This document shows positions 11,859 through 25,650 of a stretch of DNA of 64,000 nucleotides, piece after piece. The stretch lies in NCBI GenBank assembly GCA_951406725.2, contig OX597816.1, forward strand, positions 119,908,001 through 119,972,000, given 5' to 3'. Numbering within the stretch: position 1 is the first letter of the stretch; the number at the start of each line of letters is the position of its first letter. Made by a program: the position numbers and the translations under genes. The DNA is from Octopus vulgaris. Taxonomy: Eukaryota. The notes under the pieces were generated by a model, which was not told the origin of the DNA, searched no databases, and saw only the letters and a program-made list of their open reading frames with translations.

Positions 11859-13134
11859 AACGGCAATCGTATTCATTGTTTGCCATTTTTAAGATGAAAG
11901 AAGAACAGTGATCAAAGTTGTGAAGAAATTTTTATTTACCGTTACTTTTTATATATCCAAAACCATGACGGGCTGGTACGTATAATTAGTAAATGGAAAA
12001 GGATGTGAGGCAAAAAGAGTTAATTTCAGCCTGTATATGTGTATACATGATCTCACAGAAGTATATAGAAAGAGATATGGTGATGTTACAGTGAAAAGAA
12101 AGTGAGTCAGTGAAAGTGAGAGTGGTGGAACGAAACAACTGCTTCGTTGGTGAGTTATCATAGCTGTTCCTTTGTACCTTTGCTGTTAGAGACAGCATTC
12201 TGTTCAGCCGGTCAGCCAGACTCGGTTCTCACTAACTGGATTCTGCTTGTGGTCGCCTCTACATGATCTCTTTTTTGCCAACTAACTTTTTCCTACGGTG
12301 TTTTAGTATTTATAATTATCCAAACTAGTTAGAAGGAGAGACATATTGTTGAGAACAAGAGATTTCATTGGCGGTCTGTTATCTCTATTCTAGCTTTTGG
12401 TGGCCTAGTAGAGGTTAGAAGGGTCAAGTGGCAAAGACATTATTCTGCTTAGCGAAGGCATCTGGCAAATGTAACTGCTGTCAATCACAGAAAATCTATT
12501 GTTTTACTGTGAGAAAAGTGCTGTTGAACTGTTAAGTGAAATTTGGCGATTGAGGGTCGAATCTACGCTACGCCTGCATGAAGCCACTACATACATATAT
12601 AGATTCATACATATGTGTATGAGCATTCTTACTGACCCACACACATGTGCACAAACAAAAAAACAAAAAAAAGAACACAGCTCAGAGAATGGAGTCAATG
12701 ACTATTGAAAAGGTTGCAAGATGCAACGAAAATTTAAGAAAAAAATAAAGAAGTAAATGAGTAGAAATAGAACTGATGAGCGTGTTAGATAGTAAGGCAC
12801 AAAAAGAGAATAACTCTTCCCAGACATGACAAAATGTGCTTCAACACATGAACTCACATAAAGAATCTTGCAAACCAAATCCAAAAACAATATATATATA
12901 CATACTTTTATTAAAGCAGTTACCCAGAGTTTCGTGTTACTATTGTTAGATATTTATGATTACAATTGTCCAACAAACAGTAATGTGAAACTCTGAGTAA
13001 TACTTTGTGAAGAATTTTGCAGCTTTAATCAAAAGAATATTACTCTACCTTCAGTATTCAAGTACTACTTTATCCCACCTTGTTTATGTGCTTACTCGTG
13101 TATGTGTGTGTGTGTAGACACACACACACACACA

Positions 13135-13295
13135 GTGAACTTCATTTCGTTTCCATCTCCCAACTCCACTCACAAGACTTTGGCCAGTCTGGAGCTATTG
13201 TAGAAGACACTTGCTCCAGGTGCCACACTGTGGGACAGGATCTAGAACTATGTGGTTGGAAAATAAACTTCTTATCACCCAGGCACACCTGCACC
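13135..13295 (-). mobile_element. CORE-type tRNA SINE (other copies ~16335-16920, 28635-28775, 32030-32170, 42775-42870, 44985-45220, 61280-61410)
   Basis: Reverse complement of the gtcccactgtgtggcaccttgggcaagtgtcttctactatagc consensus. Confidence 0.75.
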
Positions 13296-13299
13296 TATC

Positions 13300-13387
13300 A
13301 ACATTGCTAACAAATATGGTGTAGTGGTTAAGAGTGTGGGCTACTAAAGCCAAGATTCTGAGTTCTATTTCAAGCAGTGACCTGAAC

Positions 13388-13430
<43 letters not shown>

Positions 13431-13570
13431 CCGAAGAATACCTTAGGAATGAGAACCCAGGTTCGAAATTTCCCCAAGACACCTGAAGAAGGCTGGAGGG
13501 TATATCAGACAAAACGTTGTGTTAACAAACAAGGTGAGGACAAATATCCATCGAATGTAAATAAATAATG
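13300..13570 (+). mobile_element. tRNA-headed element with (AAT)n spacer and a decayed hammerhead motif
   Basis: A box tggtgtagtgg (13317-13327), B-box-like agttctatttc (13361-13371), then gacac CTGAAGA a ggctg..cagac AAAA cgT T gtgtt (13478-13523). Confidence 0.6.
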
Positions 13571-14295
13571 AAAAGTATTTTTGTTTAGATAAAATTCCCT
13601 TATTTTAAAGAGAAAAGAGAATTTTGTTCTCAAATGAAAGTCAGTGTCATTAAGATTGTAAATGTATTTCTAAGAAAAATACTTGGCAGTAATTTTAAAA
13701 TAGCTTGTTTGAAGTAAATAAATAAATGTAATATAAACTTAATTTCTAGGGTATCCCAGAAAGATTTACCTATTGATATTTCTTAATTATTCAAAATGAA
13801 CTTAAGGTAGGATAATGAAATTTTGCACACACGTTCTAATGTAAATTGTCAATCTATTGCAGTAATTACATTTCAAAATGACCATCTTTCAGCTTGATCA
13901 TATTTTGCAAACGAATGGTCAATTGTCCCCCTCCCCACAAAAATTCAGGCCTTGTGCTTATAGCAGAAAGGATTACATAACTATGAATAAACATACTAGT
14001 CTCCATAGTTTCTTGTATTATGTATTATAGTATCTGTGGATTTTACCTGTAATATATCATTTAATGCATAATATGATATAATATAATAAAATATAATATA
14101 ATATATTATAATACAATACCATATATATATATAAATAAAGATAGAGAGACAAACTTTTAAAATTTTTATATAAGTATGTATATAAATTTATATACATACG
14201 ATAATCATGTCTGTATGGTTGAAAAGTTTGCATCTTAATCACATGGTTTCAGGTTCAATCTCAAAACTTTATGTGTGTGTGTGTATGTATGTATG

Positions 14296-14334
<39 letters not shown>

Positions 14335-14729
14335 ATATATATACACACACACACATTAAGTACAGGACATCACCAACAAGTGAAAAATACGTAAACACAC
14401 AGAGATAAATACAGGACAAAATAACTCCTCCCAAGTTGTTGACTGTTTATTCCTAGCTGTTTCGAGCTTTCAGCAACAAGACAGGAAAACTTCATGAGAC
14501 AGCAGCATCCACAAATTTTAAGTATATATAAAATTTATGGAGAGTTATAACTCTCAATGAACAAACGACACCAGAGTGGACGTACAGAGCAGACAATCGA
14601 CAATGACAGACATTAACGGCTGTTAAGCCAAGATAAATTGTAATGGGTAATGCCTGAGAGAAATTTTGAAAGCATATAGAACAAATAGAAGAGAAAAAAT
14701 ATGGAGAGGCAAAAGAAATTACATGGATA

Positions 14730-15940
14730 TGCTTTTCCATGGGTATGTCTAAGTATTTCATTTATTTTCATTTTGTTTTCCTCGTTGATGAAGGCAGAAT
14801 CCTTTTTGGATTAATCCAGAAATTGGAACTGATTCGGAGATAATCATCATCATCGTCATCATCATCATCATCGTTTAACGTCCGTTCTCCATGCTAGCAT
14901 GGGTTGGACGGTTCGACCAGGGATCTGGGAAGCCAGAAGGCTGCACCAGGCTCCAGTCTTATCTGGCAATGTTTCTACATCTGGATGCCCTTCCTAACGC
15001 CAACCACTCCGTGAGTGTAGTGGGTGCTTTTTATGAATTTCTGTTAGCTTGTTTTCCTCATTTCGATACATGGTGTAATAATATAAGTGAATATTATATA
15101 TGATTAGACTATTTAGCTTCTATTTTTTCAGCATATTGACAAAGAAAATTTTTCTTTTGCCTTTATTTATAATTGTATTTATAATTTTCTCCTTAAAAGG
15201 TATTTTTCATATACTGGCCACTGATAAAATTTTTTAGTAAAATTTTATCTTATATCAGAAGTAAATTAATTCTCATTCACTTTGGGACTGGTTAACCACT
15301 TGTGTGCATTTCCTGACCGACTACACTTGTGTCGAAGCTTGCTAAGGAATTTCTATTTGGATATATTTAGGGAACTTAAATGTATTCATGACTTTGCATC
15401 TGCTTTTTCTATGGGCATGTCTAAGTATTTCATTTATTTTTATTTTGTGTTCCTCGCTGATGAAGGAAGAATCGTCTTTGGATTAATCCAGAAAACAGAA
15501 CCAATTCGGGGATAACTATATTATTATGAATTTCTGTTAGCTTGCTTTCCACGTTTTGACATGTGATGTAATTATATAAGTGAATATTTTATGTGGTTAG
15601 ACGATTCAGTGTCTATCTTTTCAGCATATTGGCAAAGAAAATTTATAATGTATTTATAATTTTCACCTTAACCCTTTAGTTTTCAGATTATTCTGTCAAA
15701 TGTAATGCTTATGTAATCAAATGGTTTTGAATTAATCATGCAAAGACATCATAGTATAGAAATTTTGAGGATATGATTGCTTATTCTTAGAATGACATTG
15801 TAGGATAAGTGTGCAAAGCCAGATCCTGCCAGTTTGAACATAGAACAAGTAAAATATTTGGGCCGGTTTAAATCCTAAAGGGTTAAAAGGCCTTTTTGCA
15901 TATGCTAGCTACTGATAAAATTTTATTCTTATATTAGTAG
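14730..15940 (+). repeat. Two tandem ~480-bp units, each with a hammerhead-like motif (PLE pseudo-LTR or retrozyme-like)
   Basis: Unit A starts at 14730 (interrupted by an RTE-tail fragment, 14845-15032). Unit B starts at 15400 (interrupted by a TTAA MITE). Motifs at 14780-14839 and 15452-15511. Confidence 0.7.
15672..15882. mobile_element. piggyBac-like TTAA MITE
   Basis: TTAA|cccttta ... taaaggg|TTAA. The paralogous unit has a single TTAA near 15192. Confidence 0.85.
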
Positions 15941-16454
15941 TATATGTATATATATATATAATTTGGAGAGAAGATTTTTTCTCAGAGTTAAGATTGAGAA
16001 AAGAACCTTTTTGGAAGGTTGGAAGACACTAACCTTTGGGAAGAGATTTCACAAAATGTGTGTAGGCTTTGCTTTTATAGATGTGCAAGCACTTTCAAGC
16101 AGTAATATAGGTGTGTATATATCTTCAATATATACACACCTATATTACATTACATAAGAGATTTTTTACATTGGTACACTTACTTGTATGTTTTAGGATG
16201 GGGTGATAACAAAATTAAATTAAACAAGAACATATTTGAGCTGTCAAAGAAGGATTAAAAGTGAAGTTGAGTTGAACAGAATTTGAACGAGATAGTAAAG
16301 AAGGTATTAATTATATACAGTAAATTAGGCTCAGGCGTGGCGATATGGAAAGAATTGGGTTCAACCCAACTGCTTGGCATCTTGGATAGGTGCTTTCTAT
16401 TATTGCCCTGGGCCGACCAAAATCTTGAGAGTGGATTTGGCAGACAGTAATATA

Positions 16455-16678
16455 AGGCGGTGAGCTGGCAGAAACATTAGCACGCTGGGCGAAATTCTTA
16501 GCGGTATTTCGTCTGCCACTACGTTCTGAGTTCAAATTCCGCCAAGGTCAACTTTGCCTTTCATCCTTTCGGGGTCGATTAAATAAGTACTAGTTACGCA
16601 CTGTGGTTGATATAATTGACTTAATCCGTTTGTCTGCCCCTCTGTATGTAGCCCCTTGCTGGCAGTAAAGAAATAAGA
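16455..16678 (+). mobile_element. Full-length Meta-like SINE nested in a CORE-type SINE
   Basis: Runs ggcggtgagctggcagaa ... gagttcaaattcc ... gtaaagaaata, splitting the host element 16335-16920. Confidence 0.8.
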
Positions 16679-16726
16679 TGGTAATTGAAAGAAGCCCGTG
16701 ATATGTACGTACATGCATACATATAC

Positions 16727-16768
<42 letters not shown>

Positions 16769-17661
16769 CTTTGTGTTTGTCTCCCACCACTGCTTGACAA
16801 CAGGTTTTGGTTTACTTACGTCCCTATGGCCGTTGGGCAAACACAAATCGACCAAATAAGCTTTAAAAAATAAATATTGGGTTCGATTAAAGGCGGTGTC
16901 CCAACACAGCCGCAGTGCAATAATTAAAAAAAAAAGATAAATTATTTAAAACGACATTTTACTATTGTACTGTTTTTCTAATTACTGTCAAACAATTAAT
17001 AATTTTCAGGTTAAATCTCTTAGAGTTATCCCCCGTGGACCATATATAATGAAACTAGATTTAGAGTTATGGGCCTTTACGATAAGATTCTCTAACAAAA
17101 TGTTTATGAATAAGAAAATATATACAAGGGAGGTAATCCTAGCACTAAGTAATAAACTTGCCTATTTATCAGTTTATTGTTTGTAAATGAGAATTTAGGC
17201 GGGAAAACTGACAAGGGAGGCAACTTGCTTCAACGGGCAATCTTCGACGATTCAATATAAAAATAAGTTTATACAGTATTATTTTCTCAGTAGTAAGTAC
17301 TGCATACGAAAAACACTTTTTATCTTTTATCCTTCTGTCATTGGACTGCGGTCACGGTGAGACGTCACCGTGAAAGATTTTAGCCGAACGAATCGATCTA
17401 GTTTTTTTTTTTTAGCTTGAAACATTCTATCAGTCTTTTTCTGAACCTTTTGGGTGACTGGGTTGTAAACGAACCAACACCGGTCGTCAAGCGTTGGGGT
17501 GGAGGGACAAATACAAAAACGCACACACACACATACATACATACATAGTTGAACAATTGTTAAGATACGTAAAATATTTTCCTACTTTTCTTAACATGAA
17601 ATAAAGAAATTATATTCACCTGTGCGGTGTTGAACACTAATTTTCATTGTTCGATATTTAC

Positions 17662-18680
<1,019 letters not shown>

Positions 18681-18689
18681 GCGCACGCA

Positions 18690-19500
18690 TACGCGCCGCA
18701 TGCACCTCGCCCATGGACCCGACGAGACCTCCCGCCCGTTCCTGGGATCGTCGCTTGTCGTTGGGTTTTCCCACGCCCGTCTCCGCGGGACCACTCTTCC
18801 ATCTTCCCCTCAGCTGGAGTCCTTTTCCTTAACCCCCCCTTTTTCGTTACACACACGCGCACACATATACACACATTGCTTAAATATATACATTACTCTT
18901 ACACACATTCAATCTACTCGCCATTAATACTACCACGACACTGGACACACACACACACTACTACTCAACACACGCTGGCACGCTACATACGCCCCCACCC
19001 CTTCCCCTCCCTCCCTCCCTTCCTCCTTCCTTCCTTTTCTTACTACTGACCTTTGTCTGCTATGCTGACCACCGTCTCGCCCTACCTCACACGCCTACAC
19101 ACAGACGCACACACTAACACATACATATATTTTTTGTTATTTTATCTCGCCTCACACACACACATACACACACGCACGCACACGCACACACTCACACATC
19201 TGTTGCGTTACCAACCTTGTCTCCACTCTTTTGCCTTTAAAAACCCACTTTGCTCTTGTTATCGTAAACATCCGCCTTTCACCATGTGTAACTCCTAAAC
19301 ACCAGTCGTTTTTTTCTCTATCCCCGTTGCCCGCTCTGGGATCTTTCTTTCCTCTCTCTTCCTTCTTTATGTTTCCGACGAAGAGCTCCGCTCGAAACGT
19401 CATACCTCCCTGCTTCCATTTCCTGAGCGCCTATTAATAATAATACTGTAATTGTTCCATTGTTGTTGTTTTTTTGTTTCCCGTTTGGATTAAAATTATA
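18690..19500 (+). mobile_element. Probable Penelope-like 3' region with a hammerhead-like motif at 19375-19401
   Basis: CCGACGA a gagc-tcc-gctc GAAAC GT C, preceded by pyrimidine/CA-rich sequence. The sequence looks noisy. Confidence 0.45.
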
Positions 19501-19519
19501 TATATATATATATATATAA

Positions 19520-20015
19520 TCGAAATTGATCAATGGAAATTGCAGATGGCATGTCGAAACTCTACTTGTGAAGACCTGTTGAGGCAAGTGAGAATCAGAA
19601 TCGAAATCGATCAATGGAAATTGCAGATGTGTTACCAGTGCCGGTGGCATGTATGAGAACCTTCCGTTTCGCGACCGTTGCCAGCGCCGCCCCGACTGGC
19701 CTCGTGCCGGTGGCACGTAAAAATCACCATCCGTTCGTGTCCGTTGCCAGCCTCGCCTGGCCCTCGTGCCGGTGGCACATAAAAAGCACCATCCGTTTGT
19801 GGCCGTTTGCCAGCTCTGTCTGGCACCTGTGCGGGTGGCACGTAAAAAGCACCCACTACACTCACGGAGTGGTTGGCGTTAGGAAGGGCATCCAGCCGTA
19901 GAAATACTGCCAGATTTGACTGGGCCTGATGAAGCCTTCTGGCTTCACAGACCCCAGTAGAACTGTCCAACCCATGCTAGCATGGAAAACGGACGCTAAA
20001 TGATGATGATGATGA
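19520..20015 (+). mobile_element. RTE 3' UTR/tail (also 32925-33380 -, 56020-56622 +, and many short pieces)
   Basis: Repeated gtgccggtggcac-gtaaaaagcacc modules, ggcgttaggaagggcatccag and (gat)n tail, as in the 3' UTR at 58444-58675. Confidence 0.85.
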
Positions 20016-20081
20016 TATAATATTTTTCATAATGAGATAACAAACCAAGGCTCTGTAGATTTTAGAACATTTATAAATAGG

Positions 20082-20127
20082 TCTTACAGCTGTTTCTAGG
20101 ATATTTATTATATCACTTCATCAGAGA
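20082..20127 (-). ncRNA. Minimal hammerhead ribozyme motif
   Basis: Reverse complement tct CTGATGA agtgatat-aataa-atatccta GAAA cagctg TA aga, with palindromic stem III CAGCUG. Confidence 0.7.
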
Positions 20128-20829
20128 TGGTGTGAGAAGATGGTTAAAATAGATGTGAGATATGCAGGGACATTGTCTTTGTAGATCTATTATTTAGGCA
20201 CAATGGTATAATGGTAATGGGTCTCACCGACACCATTTCCTCTCATAACCTATATATATATATGTAGTAATAATTGCAAATTTTGCCACAAGGGCAGCCA
20301 TTTTGTGGGAGAGGATAAGTCGATTACATCGATCCTGAAAAGATGAAAGGCAAAGTTGACCTCGGCGGAATTTGAACTTAGAATGTAGTGACAGTTGAAA
20401 TTCTGTTAAGTATTTTGCCTGATTTACTAACAATTCTACCAGCTCACTACCTTATTATATGTATGTAACAGTAATAATAAGTATTTCTGAGAGAGTGGGG
20501 TACTTAATTGATAATCACCAGGCAGGGTTGGATTAACCTGTGTTCGATCAAATATCCAGTAGAATGTCCAGGTGGTGCACAAAGTGAAAACCACTCATTT
20601 GAGTATTTAGCGCTAGAGGCTGGTCCAAAATTCATGCTGTGTTGATCATAGGTTGTTTGGTATACTCTAGGGTGTCCGATGTGTATTGATTTACTATGGT
20701 GTATTATAAGCAAATTTAAAGTTTATAGCTGAACATGATCAATTGAATTAAGCCTTAAATAAAATATTTTAATTCTGTTTTAATGTTTCATTTTATTCAA
20801 AGTTGTATAATTTTGATTTGTGTAATCCC

Positions 20830-21155
20830 TTAGAAAAGCAATGCCACAGAAAAGTCTTTTTGTGTGCGGCAATTTGAGAAATGCAAATCGATTGTGCAAG
20901 TGTGACATGAATTTCGCTGCCAATGCAATAAAAGTCCACCTTGTCATAAGCAAATTTACGAATGGCATAAAAATTCCACAGAAAAAGTTGTATTTGTAAA
21001 GGAAAAAGCACTGGTGCTCATGTTGAGTGCATACTACCTTAAGATAAACTTTAAACCTTCCCCTATCAAGAAATATGTAGCATGTGTTTGTGTCTCTTAC
21101 TGTTTGTTTTTAAAATAAACTTAAAATCTACTCTTTCTTTTTGAATAACCCTGTA
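20830..21155 (+). mobile_element. Decayed Tc1/mariner-type element (N-terminal HTH remnant)
   Basis: Frameshifted translation KVFCVRQFEKCKSIVQV.HEFRCQCNKSPPCHKQIYEW. Terminus gaataaccctg|TA. Confidence 0.5.
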
Positions 21156-21879
21156 TATGTATGTAGCCTGATTAATTCCTGTGACGGCAGCACGTAAAAG
21201 GCACCATTCAATTATTATTGTTACACATTAACCCTTTTGATACAAATTTATCTGAGACAGCCTCTAGTTCTATGGTACAGGTTTCCCTCCTTTTAAAGTG
21301 ATCTAAATGAAAATAATTTCATATTAATTTATGTTCCAAATACCAACTTAAAAATGAAAATGGTCATTTTGCTACATTCTTTATTTTCAAACTTAATTGA
21401 AACAAAGTCTGTGTATTTCTGTTGAAATACACTGTTTTTGTTGGTAATAAAATAATAGTGCTTGCAGTTTTGATGGTCTCAAGACAGTTGATGGCATACT
21501 ATGTACATTATTACAAAGTTACAAATCAAAAGATGAATGATGATGAAAGAATTTAAGAGAGATGATGAAAGGAGAAGATGCTTGGCAGAAGCAGTTGTTT
21601 CTCAATTACCTGCACAGCTCAAGAAATCAATATGCTTTAACGTATTTCAATACTTCGAATGACACTGCAACATTGTACTATTAATTTGAAGATAGTCTCA
21701 TCAAAGACTACAAGAACAAGTACTAGAGAAGTTGCTATTCAGATAATTGAATGCGATATAGGTTAAATTCTCTCTTTTCATGGTTTAAACTGTCTGAATT
21801 CCCACTGCAAGATAACATTAATAACCCTCTCATACCAGTACATTTTCAACGACCTACACAGTGCAGATTGTATTTATAA

Positions 21880-22095
21880 CCCTTTTGATAACAACCAGCC
21901 TGAAACCACCCTTGGTTCTATGATATAAACTTCCTGTTTTAAAGTTATTTAAATTAAAACTATAAAAATTTCATGTTCATTTATGTTTCAAAGGCTAGCT
22001 TAATAATGACAAAAGTATTTTACTAAATTCTTCACCATTTTCAAAATTAATTGAACCAAAGGTCATGTTTCAATAGAAATATAGTAACAGAAGGG
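21880..22095. mobile_element. TTAA-type MITE (related copies ~21230-21430, 55465-55560, 62500-62690)
   Basis: (a)taa|ccctttt ... agaaggg|ttaa, with internal sequence shared between copies. Confidence 0.65.
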
Positions 22096-22299
22096 TTAAT
22101 GGAATTAACTCCAGCATATGTGTTCGTACATACAAGTGTGTCCAAACATACACATATCAACATACATGCATATCTAACACCATTTCTTCTTTTGTTGTTT
22201 TAAAGCTACTTCTAAACATTATGTCAAAGAAAAATTCATGAACAACATAAGTTTTATTTATTTATTTATTCATTATAGTCCCTGGAGAAAGGACAATAT

Positions 22300-25200
22300 C
22301 AATGACCTTTGTTAGACCTTCCCAGGCAGTCGATATTTAGTATAAACTTCACAACACAGACATCCTTTACAAAAATGTAAGAAGGACTAGATTTTGGAGG
22401 GTTATGGATCCAGGAAGATACAATTGGATACTGCAGAGTTTGAAGGTGTGCGAGGCAAAGGAGGGCTGATGAATCAATGAGACATGGATTGTACTGGGAA
22501 AGTGTGGAAAGAACAAACCGTATGTCTGTAAGCTCGTAAGCTAATGGTTTTTGTTGTTGCTTAACCCTCAGATTGATTCTAATTGAGCAGATCAATGATC
22601 AAAAGCATTCCAGTTATGACCATCTTGTTTTTTTTCTTACGTGTAGGGGACTTGGGACTACATTATCCAATGTGTCCTCCCTTTAAGATTGTAGAGAAAT
22701 TTGGAGGACTTTTTGATTGTTGTATCTAACAGATTGAGCAATCATGTAGAAGTTCCCGTGTAGGTTGGAGAGTGAAAGGATGTAGCATGTTGGAGAGTGA
22801 ATCTTTGTCAATTAACCAAATGGTCTTGATTTCATGATAAATGGTGTTTGTTTATGCAGCAGTGGCAGCATCAGCAGCATTATCCCAAAAATGTGAGCAA
22901 TTTTCCAGTGGGATAACTCCTGAGCTTTGTAGTGAGTCACTAACTGATCAAAGTATTTTCTCAATTACAATGTTATATATGTGAGGTTATGATGACAGAT
23001 CATCAAACAGTGAGGGTGAGAATTTGTGGTAAACTCAAGGGCTTTAGTTGTATGTTGTTCATTACTATTTTCTTGATATGTGTAACAATTGTCTGGCCTG
23101 TTGAAAAGGACTAGGATTGTTACATTACAAGTGAAAGATATGCTTGCTTAGAACAGTTTCTATAACACTGTCATAAAATTTGACAGAGTGGAATAGATAC
23201 ATATGCATAAAAGGAAAGATGAGCTGGCTCTGGAGTACATTGAGATTAAAGCAAGTGACATTATCAGAACCAATCATCCCTTGTGTTGGAACAACCAAGA
23301 ATCTTTACCCTTGGTAACTATATTTACAAAGTTGTGAGACAGATAAAACAGTTGGCATGGTTGTGGGACCAGAGTTTACATGTGAGACAGATGAAGTAGG
23401 AAAGAAAAGAGTTTAGGAGGAATTGTTTTGTGTATATTTTGAGAGGAACTAGAAGCAAAACAGCCATCAAAAATGGGGGAGTTTATCAGCAGGAGTGCTA
23501 CCTGCTACTTACATACCATAGGCAATATTCTGTTTTCATGTAACACAGCAGTAAATGAACCCTTGAAATTTGCCTGGTTTGTAGGCTTCGTGGGAGGGCT
23601 GTGGAAGAGGATGATTTTTGTCAGGTGTCTCAGCTAGGTCAGCAGTGAAATACATTTACTGACAAGGAGAGTCATCATAGAACTGATGGAACTCTGACTA
23701 GTTAACCATGGGACCCCTGAGTTAGAGGATTGATGTGTGGTATAAAAATGTGAGGTGTATTTGCCCTAATTAAGCTGTGGTCAGTCAATCCAATGGAATC
23801 AGATATGGCTAAATAATGGATGGGCTTGGAAGTGAGAAAAAGACTGGAGTTTTAGAGGCTTCCCTAAGTGGATATAACCAAGTGAGGACAATAATCAATG
23901 CTGACAGTTCAGAGAAGCACATTCAATTAAAAACAATACATTTTCCAATATATTTGGACCAAAAATAATATATCAGATAAAATTTAAATGCCAACCAGTT
24001 GAAAGCATAATATGCAAAAAAAGAGTATGAAAGTCTTTGATTAAATGTACTCAAAATATCAGTTTTAAAGCTTTTCTTGTAAAAAAATAATTTTCTTGGA
24101 GTAAGAAAATAATGCAAAAAATGCAACCTAAAAACATATAAATAAAGTTTCAAGATAGCATTAGATGAGCACATCTAATTAATAAGAAAGAATATGTAAC
24201 AAAGTTCCTTTGAAATAACATAAAATAGGCGAGACACAAATCAATTTGCAAGTCAATAACACAGTAAAATATTCACCATATTTGGTAATTAAGCAACACA
24301 ATATACAGGAAAATAGGCTTCTTTTCTGATAAACATATCAGACAATAAATGCAATCATTTGTTAATCTTGTTTTTATAAGCCCTTATAGCTTGCAGTCGA
24401 AAGTTAATGTCCTTATGTATTTCCATTAAAGAAGTTTCATCCAATTCCTTGATAAGTTCGAAGACAGCTTGAAGGATATGATTGTTCTGAAAGAGAAACA
24501 AGCATTTCAAATTATATGTCATCAGCAAATTAAAAGAGTTTACATTTCTTACCTTCAAGTTGTTTTGTAAGACTGCTGAATATCTGAAAATATACTTCAT
24601 TGTTGGGTTTCAGGAGTGTCACCAACAGTCTTTGCATGGTGGTAGTAGTGGGGAACTAATATGGTTAGATGAGGATTTGAAGAGTCAGAAGGAAGTGTAA
24701 AGTATGAATGGTAATGGAAACTTTATTCCTCATGAGTTTCTTCTAAATACAGTCAAGGAAACAAAAAATGAGGGCTATGCAAAATGAGAAGAGCATTTAA
24801 AGAATACCATAATGAGAACTTGTCAGCAATCTCCAGTTTCACAGGAATTGAAATAGTGGATGAAAAGAGAAAGCCAAATTCTGATGAGAAGACAGAGCAT
24901 CTAGGAGGAGTTGCTAAGTCAATGTGGTTGATATTCAGAAAGAGTTTCTGCAGTCAATAAAATATGAACAGGGCAAGTACCTCAGAGGGTGTGAGATTGA
25001 GCATAGTTTCTACTGCATTTAGATGTGACAGAGACAAACATATTGAGTCAATTTGAGCAGAGGTGGTACACAGCTTGCTAATTCATCAAGAGACTGAGAG
25101 GCTGGAAGCTGTTCAAGAGAAATTGCAGTCTGATACAGTTTCTTCTAGAAATAAGCAACATTTGCATTTTAGAGTCATTAAAAAAATGATCAAATTTTTG

Positions 25201-25650
25201 GAACCTCCTGAAAGATGTATGAAGAGACTGTTTAACAAAACTATTGAAAAGAGGTTGAATTTAAAGGAGAAAGTTATGGAAAGTTGGTCATTCTGTTTTT
25301 TGGAGTGGATAGGGTTGGTAATGATTGACACAAGGTGTTATTGATTGGTGAAGATGAAAATACAGATGATGATAGACCGTGGAAGTAGGGACACCAAGAT
25401 TGATCAATGAAGGGGTTCAGTGAGCCCTAGAGAAATAATATGGTTTGTAAGGAGAACATTAGATTTAGGTAGTTAGTTCTTGGTATAACCCGTAGGAATG
25501 GAATCTATGAAGTTTATCTGTCACACTTCATGAAAATCTAACCTTATATCATGTGTAAAGGCTTTTGATTTGCAATTGTTTTTGAAAGATCAAAACTATT
25601 TGTATGTCAACAATGAAGAAAGGTCACCAGTGGGGGAATTTTTGGAATTA
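22300..25650 (-). mobile_element. Highly decayed Penelope-like fragments on both sides of the last CFAP410 exon
   Basis: Weak remnants resembling the GIY-YIG CxxC/YIG region (~23280-23400) and RT PFLD region (~25400). Bases 23920-24600 are host sequence. Confidence 0.3.
24355..24486 (-). CDS. CFAP410: CFAP410 terminal coding exon (conserved C-terminal helical domain)
   Basis: tctctttcag|AAC, encoding NNHILQAVFELIKELDETSLMEIHKDINFRLQAIRAYKNKINK*. Human reads [34 protein letters not shown]. Confidence 0.9.
   Translation of the reverse strand, partial: NNHILQAVFELIKELDETSLMEIHKDINFRLQAIRAYKNKINK

Noticed and set aside
17198-17206. E2F-like site GGCGGGAAA
   Set aside because: Short motif with no associated gene, which could occur by chance.
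19625-19860. CRISPR-like repeat-spacer pattern with palindromic repeats
   Set aside because: Eukaryotic context, no cas genes, irregular spacing, and identical modules occur in the RTE 3' UTR.
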